In this document: piece by piece, positions 20,756 to 30,483 of the stretch
Position numbering within the stretch: position 1 is the first letter of the stretch
How the letters are laid out: the number at the start of each line of letters is the position of its first letter
Assembly: GCA_963665275.2 (NCBI GenBank)
Contig: CAXXIN010000007.1
Span: 288,001-352,000, forward strand
Length of the DNA: 64,000 bases
Source of the DNA: Negativicutes bacterium
GTDB lineage: Bacteria > Bacillota > Negativicutes > UBA1444
Reading direction: 5' to 3'
Made by a program: the position numbers and the translations under genes
Notes under the pieces: model-generated
What the model was told of the DNA's origin: nothing
The model's input: the letters and a program-made list of their open reading frames with translations, nothing else
Database searches by the model: none

Positions 20756-22432
20756 TTAATAGTTTCCGTTTCGACATATAAATTTGCAATAGAAGCTAAG
20801 AATAGGACCCCTGAAAAAGACACCGGGTTTCCTGCAGCGAAGCTTGCAGGTATACCGTTGAGACACAGGGGTCTGAATCATAGAGTCTGCCAGGCCTTGG
20901 TTTATGCTTGCCACCTCTGTAGTCACTGTCGAGATTTCTGGCAAGCGTCCGAACATGAACGCGGCCAGTTCCGGCTCTCCGTCAGAGTATACAAATCCTT
21001 CTTCACCAGATTCAATATTTTCAAGTGTTCCCGCAACAACCACACCAGTTTCCAAGCCCCACTCTTCCAGAGCCGGCACTTCCTCAATAACATCAACGGT
21101 GCTTTCTACCTCAGTAGAGGCTTCTTCCTCAACGATTTCTTCTACCGCAACGATTTCCTCTGCCGCAGCGACTTCCTCTACCGCAGCGACTTCCTCTACC
21201 GCAGCGACTTCCTCTACCGCAGCGACTTCCTCTACCGCAGCGATTTCTTCTACCGCAGCGATTTCTTCTACCGCAGCGACTTCCTCTACCGCAGCGACTT
21301 CCTCTACTTCAGCGACTTCCTCTACTTCAGTTGCAATATTCTCGAAAACTTCGTCCACTATGCGTTCTGCCGAGTTCTCTGCTTCTGTGATTGTGCCGCC
21401 GGCAACTGCTACTGCGAATGGCGAAATACCGAAACCTTCCTGTGCAAAGTTTTCCATATCCTCCATATCTGATTCCATGGCAAGATCGACAACTGTGGTC
21501 ATTGCAGCTTCCGCAGAGGCTTCGAAATCAATTTCGATACCGGTGAAATCTTCCGCCAAAATCCAACTTAAATCCTCAGACGCAATATTTAGATGCCCTG
21601 TTGGGACTTCTGTTTCATTTTCAGGTTTGGTTTCTTCTGTGACCAGGATTTGGATTTCATCACTTTCAATTATGCATGCTTCAACTTCAGGAAGCGACTC
21701 ATTCTCAACCAAAGCGAACGTTTCATTCAAGGAGTTTTCCGCTGGTGTTTCCATGACTGTTTCTTCCACCAGCGCAACAGCTTCCATTTCATCAACCACT
21801 GTTTCAGGTACCAACGTCAATTTGCGGATCGCCATGATGAAGTTCGGATCCAGCAATAGCACCAATCCACGAATCGCCGCCAGGAATTCTTCATCGTTTG
21901 CCTTCGCCAGTTCAGTTTCAGTTGGCTCGATTACAACTGCATCCAGAACTTTCTCAGGCAAAGCTACTGCCGGAGGCAACAGTGTCAATCCACGAATCGC
22001 CGCCAGGAATTCCGCCTCACTTACCAGCTTTGGTTCCGGCTTGGGTTCCGGCTTAAGTTCCACCGGCTTGCTTTCTGTCATCGTGGTTGCGTTGACTATC
22101 GTTAAAACAGGAACTTCTTTATTAGGAACAATGTCCTGTTCACGCTTTTCAGGAGCTGTCATCATTCCTGTCGAAGCAAACGACAGTTGCATCCCTCCCC
22201 CAAAATGCTCATGATCCAATGCAGCTGTTCGCCGGAAGACACTTCCCCATTCGGACATGTGTAGCCAGATATAAGGAATGATCTGTGTCAACAGAATGTA
22301 GGCGAACAACATCGCAACATATAATTTTATAAACAGCAGAATATTCCCTATCGGAAGCAACCACGGATTGGCAGCAAAATGACCTACCAGAAAACTTGCC
22401 AGGAATAATCCGGACCATCCCACAGTCTTCAT
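20756..22432 (-). CDS. Membrane-anchored, very acidic repeat protein; C-terminus possibly frameshifted
   Basis: RBS AAGGAGG, two N-terminal TM helices, Glu/Ala/Val-rich body; composition changes abruptly in the last ~40 aa. Confidence 0.7.
   Translation of the reverse strand: MKTVGWSGLFLASFLVGHFAANPWLLPIGNILLFIKLYVAMLFAYILLTQIIPYIWLHMSEWGSVFRRTAALDHEHFGGGMQLSFASTGMMTAPEKREQDIVPNKEVPVLTIVNATTMTESKPVELKPEPKPEPKLVSEAEFLAAIRGLTLLPPAVALPEKVLDAVVIEPTETELAKANDEEFLAAIRGLVLLLDPNFIMAIRKLTLVPETVVDEMEAVALVEETVMETPAENSLNETFALVENESLPEVEACIIESDEIQILVTEETKPENETEVPTGHLNIASEDLSWILAEDFTGIEIDFEASAEAAMTTVVDLAMESDMEDMENFAQEGFGISPFAVAVAGGTITEAENSAERIVDEVFENIATEVEEVAEVEEVAAVEEVAAVEEIAAVEEIAAVEEVAAVEEVAAVEEVAAVEEVAAAEEIVAVEEIVEEEASTEVESTVDVIEEVPALEEWGLETGVVVAGTLENIESGEEGFVYSDGEPELAAFMFGRLPEISTVTTEVASINQGLADSMIQTPVSQRYTCKLRCRKPGVFFRGPILSFYCKFICRNGNY
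21135..21330. repeat. 18-bp coding tandem repeat, about 11 units (EEVAAV)
   Basis: TCTACCGCAGCGACTTCC and close variants in tandem. Confidence 0.92.
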
Positions 22433-22650
22433 CTTCGGCCCTCCTTGACACAATAAACTCACAGCAAAGCCCACTTGTACCTATTATTTTACAGAGCGCC
22501 CTGCTCATTGGCATTCTAACATTGGCATAATGAATGCTAAAAAAACGCAGCGATTATTATACGGGTTCAATAACAGGTTCTTTCAAACGATCTCAACACA
22601 AAAAAGCTTCTCGCCAAATCACGAGAAGCTTTTCAGTATGAACAACGATG

Positions 22651-23170
22651 TCAGTAGGAAGCCTTTCCTTTCATCAAAACCGTTTTGAAATGCCAGCCTT
22701 GGTAACTTGCCACTCCCTCGATGATCTGGCGTACCTGGGCATAGTCCCAGCTGTAGTCAATCACCTTGCCGCCAATCCCGTAGCCGGTTTCATTCACAGT
22801 ACCGGAACGGGCCGTTCCATCGGTTCGGTAAGTCTCAGTCTTGAAACTGAAAAAGGCCCCCAGCCCCTGACCGGTCTCCTTGATGATTTCCCAGAAGATG
22901 ATCGTTCGTGTCCCTGAATCCGCCAGCAAGCGTGCCGAGTATTCGACTTTCTTCTTGCCCACCCCCCAATTCGCATTTGCCAACTCATTCGAAATCTCAA
23001 GGTCGGCTTTCTGTCCCCAGACCAGAGAAAGTTGCGGATACGGCGACAATGCCGTCGCAATGGATTGCAAGAGGGTTTGCCTGTCATCGGAGGACAGCCA
23101 CTCGCGCACCGCAGTTACTGCAAAAACTGTCTGAGTTCATGACGGGCTGACCACATTGATTACAGAACAT
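22651..23170 (-). CDS. Zinc-ribbon domain protein, one frameshift near 23090
   Basis: MFCNQCG...FCSNCGA starts at ATG 23170 behind RBS GAGGAGGG; body continues in ORF 22651-23109. Confidence 0.7.
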
Positions 23171-23199
23171 AATACGTTCCCTCCTCGTATAATTATGTT

Positions 23200-23420
23200 C
23201 GGGATAAACAGGGAAACCTGTTGAACCTCTCCGCTTGTCTCCCGAGGAACAATCGGAGATACTAATAGCAGAGGACAGAGGAGATCGTCTTCCTCCTTGA
23301 GGTTGAACCTCGAAATTGAGAGTGATCCCTCTGGCCCTGCGGTCCATCACGAATGAGCTGGATGTTGGCCGGTACGACTGGTACTTCGCATGTCTCACGA
23401 GGTTGTGTGCCGCAGCTGCT
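23200..23420 (+). ncRNA. Predicted IS110 bridge RNA (ends approximate)
   Basis: Internal loops matching target flanks (CTTCCTCCT 23289-23297, AAATTGAG 23313-23320) and donor junction (AGCTGG 23356-23361, ACGAG 23397-23401). Confidence 0.75.
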
Positions 23421-23452
23421 GGAGGTTATCTGTCCCAAAGGGAGGTGCGCAC

Positions 23453-24634
23453 ATGATCATCGTCGGCATCGACATCGCCAAGCGCAGTCATGAGGCCTGT
23501 CTGATGAATGAATCAGGCGGTTTGCTGGGAAAACCATTTTCGTTCCCCAATTCTCTCGCCGGAGTTGAGCTTTTGTTCAAGCAGGTTCAAAAACTCAATC
23601 CCACTTTGCTGCCTGTTGTGTTCGGCATGGAAGCAACCGGTCATTACTGGCTGCCCCTTTATTCCCGGCTGATACAGGATGGCCATGTCGTCCATGTGAT
23701 CAATCCCATTCAGTCCGACAGCCTTCGCAATCTGTACATTCGCCAGACTAAAACGGATGCAGTCGATTCCTTTCTCATCGCTGAGGTCATTCGCTTCGGT
23801 CGGTTTACGCAAACCACCCTGGCCGAACCCGATTTAATTGCGTTGCGTCAACTTTGCCGCTATCGTTTCTCACTGGTAGATAATATATCCGATCTCAAAC
23901 GCAAGGTAATCGCCCTCTTGGATCAAGTGTTTCCGGAATATGAGTCCCTATTTTCTGATCTGTTCGGAGCCTCTTCCCGCCAGATGCTGGCGGAGTTTTC
24001 CACTCCGGAGGAGTTTTTAGCGGTGGATTCTGGGAAGTTAGCTGGCTTGCTTGAACGAACCAGCCGTGGCCGCTTCGGCCTAGATCAAGCTCAACGGATT
24101 CAGAATGCCGCAAAGCATTCGTTTGGAGTCAAATTGGGGATAGACGCCCTGGCCTTTCAATTGCGCCAGCTGGTGGCTCAGATTGTGTTTCTGGAAGAGC
24201 AATTGGCTGAGCTTGGCGAACAAATCAGTGCCTACTATGACCGCTTTTCTTGCACGTTGCATACGGTTCCCGGTATCGGCAAAGTCTTGGCAGCAGCCAT
24301 CCTCAGTGAGATTGGCGATGTTCATCGTTTTTCCGCTCCTGAGAAATTGGTTGCCTTTGCTGGGATGGATCCTTCAATAAAGCAGTCCGGCGAATTCACC
24401 GGCAGCCAAAGCCATATGTCCAAACGGGGCTCGCCGTATCTGCGCAGAGCCGTTTGGTTAGCAGCGTTCCCCGCTTCTAAATTCAATCCGGTCTTTGCTG
24501 CGTTTTATCATAAGAAACGCGAAGAGGGCAAAGCCCATCGTGTTGCTCTGGGCGCGGTTTCTCGCAAGTTGCTTTATACCATTTTTGCTCTTCTCAAATC
24601 TGGTCAAGCCTATGATCCGATGTTGGCACGCTAA
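23453..24634 (+). CDS. IS110 DEDD recombinase/transposase
   Basis: VGIDIAK, GMEATGHYW, KTDAVDS, TVPGIG, AGMDP...QSG, SKRG.PYLR. Confidence 0.96.
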   Translation: MIIVGIDIAKRSHEACLMNESGGLLGKPFSFPNSLAGVELLFKQVQKLNPTLLPVVFGMEATGHYWLPLYSRLIQDGHVVHVINPIQSDSLRNLYIRQTKTDAVDSFLIAEVIRFGRFTQTTLAEPDLIALRQLCRYRFSLVDNISDLKRKVIALLDQVFPEYESLFSDLFGASSRQMLAEFSTPEEFLAVDSGKLAGLLERTSRGRFGLDQAQRIQNAAKHSFGVKLGIDALAFQLRQLVAQIVFLEEQLAELGEQISAYYDRFSCTLHTVPGIGKVLAAAILSEIGDVHRFSAPEKLVAFAGMDPSIKQSGEFTGSQSHMSKRGSPYLRRAVWLAAFPASKFNPVFAAFYHKKREEGKAHRVALGAVSRKLLYTIFALLKSGQAYDPMLAR

Positions 24635-24685
24635 ATTCAGTCGCACCTGTTGACTTTTCATAGCTGGTCTCAATTTTCCTGAAAA

Positions 24686-25441
24686 TCACCCGAAAAGATT
24701 CTTAATTTGATTGTTCTTTTTGCAATAGTCATACCCGATTGAATACAATTCTTCAGCGCGGCTGGTATCTAGAATATTATATTTCTCCAGTCCCGCAGGT
24801 TCTATTAATAAGTCGCATTCATGCTCCAATATTTCTTTATTGATCCCGATACTCAATTCAAAAGTTCTCATCGCCACTTCAATTAAGTTGCCGATCTTGT
24901 GAGTTTCTTTCGGTGAGAGAATATTGATGGCAACAATCTTATCGCACTGACCAACAAGAGGCTTATATGGCAGGTTATCCAGCAATCCTCCATCAACATA
25001 CAGCTGCCCATTGATTTCTACCGGTGCAAACAGAATCGGAATAGAACATGAAGCCTGAAGTGCAGGAATTAAAGCGCCCTCGTTGATGTACTCAACTTTT
25101 CCATTATACAAATTCGAAACTGCAACATAAAAAGGCAGCTTTAAATCGGAAAAATCACTGGCTGATAACTGTTTTTCAATATTTTCCTCGAACTTATCCA
25201 GTGTGAAAAAGCCTGTAATTGGCAACCGCACTTTCGCATAATCCAGAAACTTATTATCTTTCATTAGTGCCATTATTTCATCCGGTTTCTTGCCGGAAGC
25301 AATAAATGCGCCAACAATCGCGCCGGAGCTGACGCCGGAAACAACATCGGGGATAACGCCTTCTTCTTCCAAGGCTTTCAGTACGCCAAGATGGGCAAAC
25401 CCTCTGGTCCCTCCGCCGCCTAAAGCTATTCCTATTTTCAA
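24686..25441 (-). CDS. Patatin-like phospholipase
   Basis: LGGGGTRG, GVSSG nucleophile elbow, ASCSIP, VDGG. Confidence 0.95.
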   Translation of the reverse strand: MKIGIALGGGGTRGFAHLGVLKALEEEGVIPDVVSGVSSGAIVGAFIASGKKPDEIMALMKDNKFLDYAKVRLPITGFFTLDKFEENIEKQLSASDFSDLKLPFYVAVSNLYNGKVEYINEGALIPALQASCSIPILFAPVEINGQLYVDGGLLDNLPYKPLVGQCDKIVAINILSPKETHKIGNLIEVAMRTFELSIGINKEILEHECDLLIEPAGLEKYNILDTSRAEELYSIGYDYCKKNNQIKNLFG

Positions 25442-25484
25442 TTTTCCTACACTCCTCTGCGTCCTCTATATCATCCGGTCAAAA

Positions 25485-26663
25485 TCATCTCCGCGGCCAC
25501 CACAGGAAAAGCGAGATACAAAATGCCAACCACATACCGCCGGCAAAATAGCCTGCAACTACATCAGTCGGGTAATGGACCCCCAGGTAGACACGGCTAA
25601 CACCAATTGCGACAACCAACGCCATTGCCAACCCAATTACAACCAACCGCCACCGCCAACTTTGGACATGACGCGCGACCAGAAAAGTGATCATGCCATA
25701 AAGGCAAAGCGACACCATGGCGTGCCCGCTGGGAAAACTGTATCCAGCCTCTGTCACCACCTGGAATAAATCCGGGCGAGTGCGTTCAAACATGTTTTTG
25801 AGAAAAAAGTTTAATAGTGCTTCTCCGACCAGACATACGATCAGCCCGGCGCTCTCCAGCCACTGTCGGTAATAAGCGAGAATGAGCAATACAGCTAAAA
25901 TTATCGTCCAGAACGGATACCCAAACCCGAATTCCGATATCATTATCATTACTTGGTCAAGCTCTGGACGAGCCATATATCGAACCAACCAAACAAACAC
26001 ATTGTCAAATAAGTCCATTTGATTGCGAATCAACGTCTCATAAGCCATCTCGGCAAAAAAAACAAATAGGAGTGTGCCTAAAGATAATGCGAATGCGATA
26101 TAAAATATTGACCAATCACGTTTCAACAGTAACAAATGTTCTCTCATCCATAAATAGGGTGGAGATCTTCTGACGATTCGGGCTACCAGCAATACCAATA
26201 TGGGAAACACGACCAAGCTAGCAATTCCTAAAACTATGAAGCCAAGTACCAAAAAATCAGCGACAGGCCGTGGCCCCGGAGCCACTGCCAGCATCAATTT
26301 CTCTACTCGCGCCGCTGAATCACGGTTAACATATCCGCCCAAGACTACCACCGACCCTTTAATATGGGCGCCTGGTGTCAAAAGCAGATTACCATCCACT
26401 ACAACGATTCCTTTCTCCACCACACCGGATACAGTAGCGTTGCCACCAGCAACCAACAGTCTGCCAATTATTTGACCCGCTTCGATATGAATATCCTCGC
26501 GGGAGAACACATCACGATAGGCGGATCGCGAACCATCCAGGGCCAAAGCGCTACTTTCGGCAATTAGAAGCCCTGCAACCAAGAGCGCAAACCAATAAAT
26601 ATATCTGTAAACCGAATTCTGTCTCGGCAAACCCTGACTGTTTTTTTGTTTCCTTTTCAACAT
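25485..26663 (-). CDS. PAP2 family membrane phosphatase with N-terminal beta-helix-like domain
   Basis: K...RTRP, SFPSGH, SRVYLGVHYPTDV; N-terminal VAGGNATVSG/VVVDGN/VVVLGG repeats. Confidence 0.88.
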   Translation of the reverse strand: MLKRKQKNSQGLPRQNSVYRYIYWFALLVAGLLIAESSALALDGSRSAYRDVFSREDIHIEAGQIIGRLLVAGGNATVSGVVEKGIVVVDGNLLLTPGAHIKGSVVVLGGYVNRDSAARVEKLMLAVAPGPRPVADFLVLGFIVLGIASLVVFPILVLLVARIVRRSPPYLWMREHLLLLKRDWSIFYIAFALSLGTLLFVFFAEMAYETLIRNQMDLFDNVFVWLVRYMARPELDQVMIMISEFGFGYPFWTIILAVLLILAYYRQWLESAGLIVCLVGEALLNFFLKNMFERTRPDLFQVVTEAGYSFPSGHAMVSLCLYGMITFLVARHVQSWRWRLVVIGLAMALVVAIGVSRVYLGVHYPTDVVAGYFAGGMWLAFCISLFLWWPRR

Positions 26664-26870
26664 GATCCCTTTTGAACAACTCCAATAACACTTCATAATC
26701 AAAGGCATGCTTTCATTGCTGGAGCGCCCTGCTTCTTCAATATACTAAAATGTTCTCGCTCTATTATCTCTATCCCTTTTTACCTGCTTAAGTCTTTATT
26801 CGGACAGAAAAAAGCTCCCCGTCTTGTGCAATTTCGCAGTTGACGAGGAGCAAGGTATTCTGGGTGTTTT

Positions 26871-27431
26871 TTATTTGATGAAAGTGACTGTGCCGAGCTT
26901 GCGCGGGGCTGCGGCCGGAGCAATGCCTGAGTTATAACCGAAAGCTCCCGAACCATAGATGACGTATCCTGCAGGAATCTTCAATTCTTTGTTCAGTGCT
27001 TTCCCTTCCTCGGTATCAAACAGGGAACGCAGGGAATGAATCCACACGGAGCCAATCCCCAGGGCGTAAGCCGCCATGAACATGTTCCCCAACGCCAGGC
27101 TGGAATCCGCTTCCGGGGCGACCACTTTCGCATCGGCGGAAACAATAATCAAGGTTGGCGCATGATAAAAAGGACTGAAATTGTCAGCTTTGGCACGCTC
27201 GACAAAAATGGGATCGCCGGAATTGAGAAAGGTCTTTTGAATAACCTGGTTGATTTTCGCCTGCAACTCCTTGTTTTGTACGACAGTGAAATGACAAGGC
27301 TGCTCATTTCGGGCGCTAGGAGCGAATTGGCCCGCTTCGATGATTTGTTGAAGGTTATCATCACTGATTTGCTGTGGTTTGAACGTACGTATGCTTCGGC
27401 GTTGCCGAATGGATTGCAAAACTCCACTCAT
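26871..27431 (-). CDS. Nitroreductase family protein
   Basis: RRSIRTF, APSARNEQP, ALGIGSVWI. Confidence 0.93.
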   Translation of the reverse strand: MSGVLQSIRQRRSIRTFKPQQISDDNLQQIIEAGQFAPSARNEQPCHFTVVQNKELQAKINQVIQKTFLNSGDPIFVERAKADNFSPFYHAPTLIIVSADAKVVAPEADSSLALGNMFMAAYALGIGSVWIHSLRSLFDTEEGKALNKELKIPAGYVIYGSGAFGYNSGIAPAAAPRKLGTVTFIK

Positions 27432-27681
27432 GATAGTATCCTCCTTATTTTTACATGATTAAAAAGATGAATCACGTTTGAATCTATTTATAATTATATA
27501 CCTCGCTGGCCACATTATCAAAAACGACCCAAATGACTGCCAGGCTTAGAAACCGGATTTGAAAGAAAAGCCCGAAGGAATTTAACGATTCGAAGAGAAG
27601 TACATTTATTAATGTCTTTGCTCAACCTTGCTCGCAAAAATAGGTCTTCGCACTGGCTGCGGAAAAGGGGAGAAATACGTC

Positions 27682-28026
27682 ATGATATTTCCCGAAAATA
27701 CGATTTACATTGTCGGAAATGCTAAAACGCAACAAACGAATCCCATTACGCATCACTTTGGGCAGTTTTTTGTCAGCTTCATTATTGAACGGGAAACCGC
27801 TAAAATTTTAGCCTGCGGCGTTTCAGTCACCATAAGCGTAACCAATGACTTTATCAGTAGTCTCTTCGTGGATCGCAGCCTGCTCGATGATGCGGAAACC
27901 ATTCGACAAATATTGGAAACCCGATATTTCGGCTCTTCACAAAAAGCAATTTTGGTAGCATACAAAGATGCGCAAAAAAAATACAACCGGATTATTAACG
28001 GTCAGCCCATTGATTTGAGCGAATAA
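27682..28026 (+). CDS. DUF3870-like protein
   Basis: TIYIVGNAK...NPIT and RYFGSSQKAILVAYKDA pattern. Confidence 0.7.
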   Translation: MIFPENTIYIVGNAKTQQTNPITHHFGQFFVSFIIERETAKILACGVSVTISVTNDFISSLFVDRSLLDDAETIRQILETRYFGSSQKAILVAYKDAQKKYNRIINGQPIDLSE

Positions 28027-28110
28027 CGCCATATAGCAAAAGCTCTTGCCAATAAAAAAGGATTTTCTCTGTCAATGTCAAATAATATGATTTAGAAAAA
28101 TATAATAATA

Positions 28111-28212
28111 AGCTGCTTTGTTTACCCGCATGCCGGAATATCCCGGTATGGACGTAAGTAAAATCCAGCAAGCAAGCCTTATCGCAAGGTTTTAGCTTGT
28201 TGGATTTTTTTA
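28111..28212 (+). promoter_or_regulatory. Structured 5' leader with intrinsic terminator (candidate attenuator)
   Basis: Hairpin 28129-28150, long hairpin 28160-28208 plus T-run, ending ~35 bp before the ATG. Confidence 0.55.
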
Positions 28213-28245
28213 TTTTCCACCAAAATCACGAAAGGAAGTGTATTC

Positions 28246-29370
28246 ATGAACAAAAATGGTGCAACTCAACGACTCGTGGATCAGTTTATCGACATGGTCA
28301 AGATTGCTAGTCCATCCCGCCAGGAAGGAGCATTCGCCACCTATATGCGAAAAGAGCTGGAAGCTCTCGGGTTTTCCGTAGAAGTAGACTCGGCCGGCGA
28401 CAGCGTGGGTGGCAATACCGGCAACCTCATTGCCACGCTAAAGGGAACCAAAGAGGCGGAGCCGCTCATGTTCTGCTGTCATATGGATACTGTTCTGCCA
28501 TGCACCAATATCCATCCCGTCATCGAGGGTGATGTTATTCGTTCCGATGGCACGACGATCCTCAGCGGCGATGACAAAGCTGGAATCGCAGCGATTCTTG
28601 AAGGCGTCCGCCGGATACAGGAACGGAATGTGAAGCACGGGTTATTGCAAGTCGTACTAACAATCTGTGAAGAAGTCGGCATGTATGGATCCAAAGGGCT
28701 TGATTATAGCAAAATCAAGGCCAAACGCGCTTTCATACTGGATTCGAGCGGTCCCCTCGGGAAAATTGTCATTCAAGGACCGGCGAAAGATGTCATCAAA
28801 GCAGTGATCCACGGTCGATCCGCCCACGCGGGTCTCACGCCCGAAAAAGGGATCAGTGCCATTCAGGTGGCTGCTCGCGCCATCGACCGGATGAAACTGT
28901 TGCGCATTGATGAAGAGACCACCGCCAACCTGGGCACGATCAGCGGCGGCAGCGCCACCAACATCGTGGCAGAGCAAGCGGAAATCGTGGCCGAAGCCCG
29001 CAGCCTCGTCAATGAAAAGTTAGACGTTCAAAGTGGACATATTCGGGAATGTTTCGAACAGGCCGCCCGCGAATTCGGTGCAACCGTCGATGTGACTATT
29101 GATCGCAGCTACGCGGCATTCCAATTGACGAAGGATACACCGGTGGTGCAGCAGTGTCTGGAAGCCATGCACCGCTTGGGCGTGGAACCCAAACTGCTTT
29201 CCACCGGCGGCGGCAGCGACTGTAACGTGTTCAACGCCCGCGGACTGACAGCGGTCGACTTGGCCATCGGCATGACCGACGTTCATTCCAAAGAGGAAAC
29301 AATCAAAATTTCCGACATGGAGACGGTTGCTTGTTTAATTGAATCAATCATCGAACACAATAATATTTAA
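28246..29370 (+). CDS. M20 family metallopeptidase (peptidase T-like)
   Basis: HMDTV, GDDKAG, CEEVG, HAG..PEKG, GGGSD, VHS.EE. Confidence 0.93.
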   Translation: MNKNGATQRLVDQFIDMVKIASPSRQEGAFATYMRKELEALGFSVEVDSAGDSVGGNTGNLIATLKGTKEAEPLMFCCHMDTVLPCTNIHPVIEGDVIRSDGTTILSGDDKAGIAAILEGVRRIQERNVKHGLLQVVLTICEEVGMYGSKGLDYSKIKAKRAFILDSSGPLGKIVIQGPAKDVIKAVIHGRSAHAGLTPEKGISAIQVAARAIDRMKLLRIDEETTANLGTISGGSATNIVAEQAEIVAEARSLVNEKLDVQSGHIRECFEQAAREFGATVDVTIDRSYAAFQLTKDTPVVQQCLEAMHRLGVEPKLLSTGGGSDCNVFNARGLTAVDLAIGMTDVHSKEETIKISDMETVACLIESIIEHNNI

Positions 29371-29385
29371 TAAGGATGTGGTCCA

Positions 29386-30477
29386 TTGAAGATCCAGGAG
29401 ATAAAGATCGGCAAAGTCAGCATCCCTTTAAAGAAGCCCTTCAAAACGGCCCTGCGACAGGTGAATTCGGCAGAAGACATTATCATAAAAGTAATTGCAG
29501 ATACCGGCGAAGTCGGTTTCGGCAACGCACCGCCAACGGCTGTGATTACCGGTGACAGTCAGGACTCCATCATTGCTGCCATTCGGAACACCCTCGGCCC
29601 CAAGATCATCGGTATGGAGATTGACAACCTGGAAGGCATCATGACGACTCTGGATAGCGGCATGCTACACAACCAATCCGCTAAAGCCGCACTTGACATC
29701 GCTGTTTACGACCTGTTCGGCAAGCGTTATGGCATCCCTCTCTACAAATTATTCGGCGGTCACTGTCACAGCATGGAAACTGACCTGACGATCAGCCTAA
29801 ATGAGCCGGAAGAAATGGTGCGTGATTCGTTGGAGGCAGTGGCAGAAGGCTACACCGCACTTAAACTCAAAGTCGGGAACGAACCGGCGTTGGATATCCG
29901 GCGGGTACAGGCAATCCGCAACGCCGTCGGCCCGAACATCAAAATCCGACTCGATGCCAATCAGGGCTGGAGCGCCAAAGAAGCCGTCCGCACTATTCGA
30001 AAATTCGAGGCGGATGGTCTCGATATCGAGCTTATAGAGCAGCCGGTGAAGGCCCACGATTGGGAAGGACTCAAATATGTAACCGACCGGGTGGAAACCG
30101 ACATCATGGCCGACGAATCCGCTTTTGGTCCGTTTGAAGTATTTCAACTCTTGTCCATGCGCGCCTGCGACCTCATCAATATTAAGCTGATGAAAGCCGG
30201 TGGATTGCACAATGCTCTGAAAATCGCCAATTTCGCTGAGACAATGGACGTCCAGTGCATGATGGGCTGCATGTTGGAAAGCAAAGTCGGCATCACTGCC
30301 GCCGCCAGCATTGCCGCCGGCAAGAAAATCGTCACCCGCGCAGACTTGGACGCGGCAGTATTATTGGCGGAAGATCCGGTCGTTGGAGGGGTGAGCTTCT
30401 GCAAGAATCAGCTCATCATGTCTGAGGCGCCGGGCCTGGGCATTACCGATATCATGGGTTGGCAGCAAGTAGATTAA
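29386..30477 (+). CDS. Dipeptide (L-Ala-D/L-Glu) epimerase, enolase superfamily
   Basis: KLKVG, DANQGW, EQP, ADES, NIKLMKAGG, GCMLES, DLD. Confidence 0.92.
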   Translation: MKIQEIKIGKVSIPLKKPFKTALRQVNSAEDIIIKVIADTGEVGFGNAPPTAVITGDSQDSIIAAIRNTLGPKIIGMEIDNLEGIMTTLDSGMLHNQSAKAALDIAVYDLFGKRYGIPLYKLFGGHCHSMETDLTISLNEPEEMVRDSLEAVAEGYTALKLKVGNEPALDIRRVQAIRNAVGPNIKIRLDANQGWSAKEAVRTIRKFEADGLDIELIEQPVKAHDWEGLKYVTDRVETDIMADESAFGPFEVFQLLSMRACDLINIKLMKAGGLHNALKIANFAETMDVQCMMGCMLESKVGITAAASIAAGKKIVTRADLDAAVLLAEDPVVGGVSFCKNQLIMSEAPGLGITDIMGWQQVD

Positions 30478-30483
30478 AAGAAG

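Larger units (their letters stand above)
23184..24670 (+). mobile_element. IS110 family insertion sequence
   Basis: CT core at 23184-23185 and 24669-24670; joining the ends gives TTGACT-N17-TATAAT; ~270-bp non-coding left end. Confidence 0.88.

Noticed and set aside
21135-21330. Tandem repeat as a CRISPR array
   Set aside because: No unique spacers, 18-bp in-frame coding unit, and no cas genes.
20681-22214. Long plus-strand ORFs (263 aa and 436 aa)
   Set aside because: Shadow frames of the repetitive acidic gene on the minus strand.
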